A stretch of DNA of 64,000 bases from Lytechinus pictus (lineage: Eukaryota): positions 7,380,001-7,444,000 of the forward strand of contig NC_087249.1 of NCBI RefSeq assembly GCF_037042905.1. Direction: 5' to 3'. The notes below the pieces were generated by a model. It did no database searches and was not told the DNA's origin. It saw nothing but the letters and a program-made list of their open reading frames with translations. A program made the position numbers and the translations under genes. This document shows, one piece after another, positions 59,076 to 64,000 of the stretch; position 1 is the first letter of the stretch, and each line of letters opens with the position of its first letter.

Positions 59076-60334
59076 TTTCATTTTCATTTCTTTTCATTTA
59101 TTTCACTTTCAACAAAATATAAATCAAATAAATACAATCATAATACTAATAATAATAATGATAAACAGTTCTTGTATAGCGCATATCACAATTATGAATA
59201 ATGTCTCTATGCGCTTCCAAAGGACTTGGATATTATTACCCCAGCTGTAGCTTGGCAGCCGTAATTACTAAGATTACAGCGCACACGCATTTCAAGGAAT
59301 AAATTCCTGCCAGGTTCCCATTCACCTCACCTGGGATGAGTGCAGCACAATGTAGATAAATTTCTTGCCGAAGGAAATTACGCCATGGCTGGGATTCGAA
59401 CCCACGACCTTCTGCTTCAAAGTCTGGAGACTAATCCACTGGGCCACAACGCTCCACACAAGTCAACATCATAAAAATATACCAAGGTCATTAAATCAAC
59501 TTGAAAAAGACATGTTATAAGAAAGTTACATACAAAATAATTATGTGTAAAGGATTTGTGATTTATAATTTGTGAAAATGGAGGATCCACTAAAAAGCAA
59601 AGCTTGTATATTGTGGGCTCCTCAAAATATGACAAACGAGAAATTGATTTTATATATGCAAATCAAAATATAAACCATGATTGCCAACAGCAGACATCAT
59701 AAAAAAAAAAATCAAATAACCAAAAAATACGAAAATTACGCAAAAAATCAGGAATGAGATCAAGAGAAACTATAGAAAGAAAGCGGATGAATGATAGAGA
59801 GGGGGAGGGGAGGGGGGTGGGGAATGAATGTGAGAACTGCTTATGAACTACAGAGTGAGGAGTGTAGACAAAACAGAAGCAAAGTAGTGCATGAGTTAAA
59901 AGGAATGGTGAATATAGATACAAATCTGTGATGATGTATTTTTTAGACGTGATTGTATGATTTCAGTAAGAAAGATTTTAACTTTCTTTTAAAAGTGTAC
60001 AGAGAGGGGGAATTTTTTAAGTCGTTATGAAGGGAATTCCAAAATTTTGGGCCTTCATAAATGAAAGTATTTTTGGCTTTGAACGTCCTGAAAAGCGGTA
60101 AATGGAATTCATCTGATTGCCTGGTTGGGTATTTATGAATGCTCTCATTTTTACGAAACATGTCATGAAAAACAATAGGTAAATTATTGCTATTATATTG
60201 ATACATAAACTGACCTAGTTGAAATGAATATAAATCCTTAATTTTAAAAATCTTGTTTTCGAAAAACAAAGAATTAGTATATGAGAGCGTATTGGAGCAT
60301 TGCAAATAATCCGGATAACCTTCTTTTGCAGTAT
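59076..60334 (-). mobile_element. 5'-truncated L2/Crack/Daphne-group LINE with 3'UTR
   Basis: ORF 60305-59943 ..KIKDLYSFQLGQFMY..HKYPTRQ..GPKFWNSL..FKRKLKSFL; (TGAAAA)n-type tail at about 59076-59100. Confidence 0.85.
59146..59457 (-). mobile_element. tRNA-derived SINE (family of 14262-14563) inserted in the LINE 3'UTR
   Basis: TGGCCCAGTGG A box, GGGTTCGAATCCC B box, same core and GCGCTATACAAG..(TAT)n tail. Confidence 0.85.
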
Positions 60335-61512
60335 AATAAGGGTGTCAAAAACACTAAAATAATGAAAAAAGTGTATCTATTTCGCTAGGAAAGCTAGTAG
60401 TACGTGTTTAGGGTCAAATTTGCGAGGATATCAAAAAAGACTAAAATGTTTTATAAAGGATGTACATTTTGCCCCAACAGTACGTGTTAAGAGTCCGATT
60501 TGTGCGAGGTGGGAGGTGGGGCCGTACTAAACCAAATGATGTAATTTTTTTAGGTAAAGGTAAAACCGACGTACGTGACAATTGAATTATCGCTGTACTT
60601 GTTTAGGGCTTCAATTCAGGGAATACTTGCCAAGGGTATCGTTTGGTTCCAATACTTGTTAAGGGTAGGGTTTCACATGCCAATACTTGTTAAGGGGTGC
60701 ATTTTCAGAATATGGAAAATACTTGTATAGGGTGCTTTTCGAGACCACATGGTCGCGCATGGTATGTCTCGTCACTGGAAGTGGCCCCTGGGGTTGTATT
60801 TCAACTTACTAGCTTTTGTTTCTGCTACTAGCTACATGAACACTTTATTTCAAGCCACGTTTTACTTCAACTATATTTCTTAGGGCCTCTGCGCTTCAAC
60901 CATCTTTTGTTTATGGTTAGTTCGACCTATTCTTATCAACAAGTGCTGCCCTTTTGTCCATATTTTTACTGACGCAAAATCGACTTTACCTCTGTAATTG
61001 ATTGATTTTATTTTGTTTATGTATTCAAATCAGTATCAGAACGTCAACATATACAATATAACAATATACAAAGGTAATATATTACAAAATTATAGTAATA
61101 GCCGTATTATGAGCAGTGAAAATAAAAAATATCAACAAGAAGTATTATACATTTTACAAAATAATAATGTTTTAAAGGAAAATGCAAGAGACCGCCATCG
61201 TGAGCGTTTAGACTTGATGATGATGAATAATTATTTAAGCAAGGTAAGGCATGAGGACCACACCACTTATTTTACACCGGTGTTAAATTTATGATGTTAG
61301 TTTAACACCCAAAATCTTTGGTTGTTACATTTACACCTTTGGTGCTTTGTTCAATCTGTATGGTGTAATTTTAACACCTCAGGGTGTGGTCCTCTATTAA
61401 CACCAATTGGTGTCAGTTTTAACACCACAGTTTTTACAGTGTGTGATTAATATATAACAAAGTTTTTAAAAAGGGTTACAAGCCACCATACATAACATAA
61501 TGATAAATTTAA

Positions 61513-62003
61513 AGGGGAAGTTCACCCTGAATAGAGGTTTGATGTAAAAATAGCAGGAAAAATAATGAAAAAATATTGGTGAAGGTATAAGGAAAATCCA
61601 TTAAATGTTAAGAAAGTTATTAGAATTTCAGGTTTTTGATTTGTGACGTCATAAACGAGCAGCTGTTTTGTAATATAAAATACATGAATTTAATTTTTTA
61701 TATGGTTCGTGATGACCTATTTTTCATTTCATTTTTAGGAGTGCGTTTGAAATGATTTGTATATTTTATATCCAGAAGGTACAAAAAAAAATCTTTTCAA
61801 TTTTTTGAGAAAATTACATTTCATTGATTTTTTTACCATACGATATGTAGGAAAGCTGCTCGCTTATGACGTCCAAATCAAGTAATTAAAAGTCTAATAT
61901 TTTGTTTTCATTCTTTGATGGATTTTCCTCAAACCTTCGCCAATGCTTTTTAATAATTTTTCTGCTATTAAAAAAAAACTGTTTGTCAGGGTGAACTCCC
62001 ACT
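61513..62003. mobile_element. Kolobok-like MITE, second family (older relative at about 41334-41760)
   Basis: TTAA|AGGGGAAGTTCACCCTGA...TCAGGGTGAACTCCCACT|TTAA. Confidence 0.78.
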
Positions 62004-62598
62004 TTAAGGAACACAATTTGAAAAAAAAACACAATGACCTCAAATATATCAATATTCTCGTTAATACATGCATGTCATATTTCAAAATTGGTGCTGTTCC
62101 TTGTAATAAAACATTTTTACCCCCCCCCCCCCAAAAAAAAAAAAGAATAAATAAATAAAAAAATTGGACATAAACTTGACGTTTTCTACAATGTTCGAGG
62201 AAAATTTACAACATTGTCCCCGATGTATGGATTTTCAATAGGAAAAGGACCATATAACATTTTCAGAATATTGTGTCCATCTAATTTCGATAATTGATGA
62301 ATGTATTCATGGTATTAGGCCTATTCGTTAGTAGGCGGTGTAATGCCACATGGGCTTAATGCATGTGGTCTATAAGCTTCACCTATCAAAATCTTTAGTG
62401 TAAAATTAAAGTTAATTTCTTTTGACTTGGTGATACTGCAAATAGTTGTTTTTCATGAGAAAAAAAATTTGAGCTGGCATCCTAAATCGCCAATTTTTAT
62501 CCACAATTCCTGCCAATGGAAACTTAGTATTATTTCATTATCTATGCATTTCTGCCCAGGCAAGCATTACAAAAGATTGGTTAAAAATATCCTCTAAT

Positions 62599-62906
62599 CA
62601 CTAGCGTACCTACGGGGGGGGGGGGGGTGGCAGAGGGGGCAGTCTGCCCCCCCTGACGAGCCACAACCCATGCAAAGGACATACCTCTGCCCCCCCTGAC
62701 GAGCTTGAAGACCTTTATTGCCCCCCCTGACGAGCTTGAAGACCTTTTTTTTTTTTTTTTTTTTTTTTTTTGCTTGTCAAATTTTTTTTAGGTACGAAAT
62801 CCTTCATTTGTGATTGAAGACCTTTTTTTTTTTTTTTTTTGCTTGTCAAATTTTTTGGCGGACGGTTTTGCCCCCCCCCCTGTGAAAAATCCCAGGTACG
62901 CCACTG
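62599..62906. mobile_element. hAT-like MITE
   Basis: 8-bp TSD CCTCTAAT on both sides; termini CACTAGCGTACCT/AGGTACGCCACTG; internal CCCCCCTGACGAG repeats. Confidence 0.82.
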
Positions 62907-64000
62907 CCTCTAATGGTGCACGTGAACCTACATATTCCCATAGGCATGATAGGCCTGCCTTAAACTTTTGTAAATAGTGTTGCCAAATTAACTGTAAACG
63001 TATACCTTCGTTCTTAATAATATTTACGTTGTCATAATAATCATGGGCTTGCCGATCGGAACAAATAGCTTGTTAATAATTAGAAAAGATATTTTGGTTG
63101 AAATCAAAATTCTTAATATAGTTTTTTTAATGGTCACTGATGGAGGCTATATAGCAGTTCACTGACAAAAAGAAAGAAATGACCATCCAATAAATTGTAA
63201 AGTTATCGTTGATAAATTCTCGTCTCCTGGATCTAATTTTATACTTGGACACTCAACATGACAGAGACGGTACCATTGGGGGGGGGGAGGAGGAAAGGCC
63301 GCCTCCTAATGTCTTTTTTAAGAAGTGAGATGCAGATGAAAAGGAAAAGAGAATTAAAGAAAAAGAATAGAAAAGGGAGAAATGAGAAAGAAATGCATAA
63401 ATAGAGCGTTGAAAAATTTTTATCGCCACAAAATCATTCATTCACTTGAGGAATAAAATTGATGATGTTTTGCCGCCCCCAATCAAAACAATCCAAAGCC
63501 GCCCTAGCAATATGATATGATTTATGTTCAGACCTTATAGTTTTCTCATTGAATCCAGTCTTCATGGTGTTGTCTTTTTAACCAAAATTCAGTTTGACTA
63601 CATATCACCTTTTTGCCATTGCCGCAAAGGCCAATTCCGCTAGTGCAAACACATTAACGGCCAATCCACGCGAATGCGTTCGCTTTATCCATTTTACGCT
63701 TTATTTCTTCTCCATTTCTCTTCATCTAAAAATCACCTTGAGATATCAATTAGCAATAAAAAATAAATATGCGTATAAAGTAGTGGTGACCGGAATTATC
63801 GGAGTGCGAGGTCAACTTTGAAAGTCGTTGTTCATGTTGTTCACAAATAGGCAAAAAGTCAAAAATATATATTTAAATTCCACTAATTTTTCACAAAACG
63901 GTAATAAACATCATATAGATATGCAAATGAGAGTGTCGATGATGCCACCAAGTCACTATTTATTTTGTATTTGTTGTATGAATTATACAATATTTCATTT

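Larger units (their letters stand above)
58972..60792. mobile_element. Non-autonomous DNA transposon hosting a LINE fragment that hosts a SINE
   Basis: TSD GTTGTATT (58964-58971/60793-60800); ~40-bp imperfect TIRs (CCGGGG..CACTT..TGACGAG..ATACCATGCGCGAC). Confidence 0.78.

Overview
AT-rich, repeat-dense eukaryotic DNA; the TE repertoire suggests an echinoderm such as a sea urchin (inference, not verifiable here). Two tandem DEG/ENaC (ASIC/ENaC/degenerin superfamily) ion-channel paralogs lie on the minus strand. Gene A has 10 coding exons at 19179..1929 (437 codons) and its 3' end runs off the left edge. Gene B has its last 7 exons at 56530..41817, including TM2 and the stop, and its 5' part is off the right edge. 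All junctions were read by hand and keep phase with GT-AG sites. Most remaining sequence is transposon-derived. Highlights: (1) a full-length Tx1-type LINE inserted into one arm of a foldback Tc1/mariner-like MITE, like the Xenopus Tx1L/Tx1D pair, with structured 5' and 3' ends; (2) a minimal hammerhead ribozyme motif in a Penelope-like remnant; (3) a four-level nested TE island (PHD-LINE > hAT > L2 > CR1) just upstream of the inferred gene A promoter; (4) gene B has Gly at the normally acidic post-DEG pore position and lacks an intron that gene A has; (5) several odd mini-transposons. There are no prokaryotic features, CRISPR arrays, rRNA or bona fide tRNA genes. TE family labels rest on termini, TSDs and motifs only; no database search was run.
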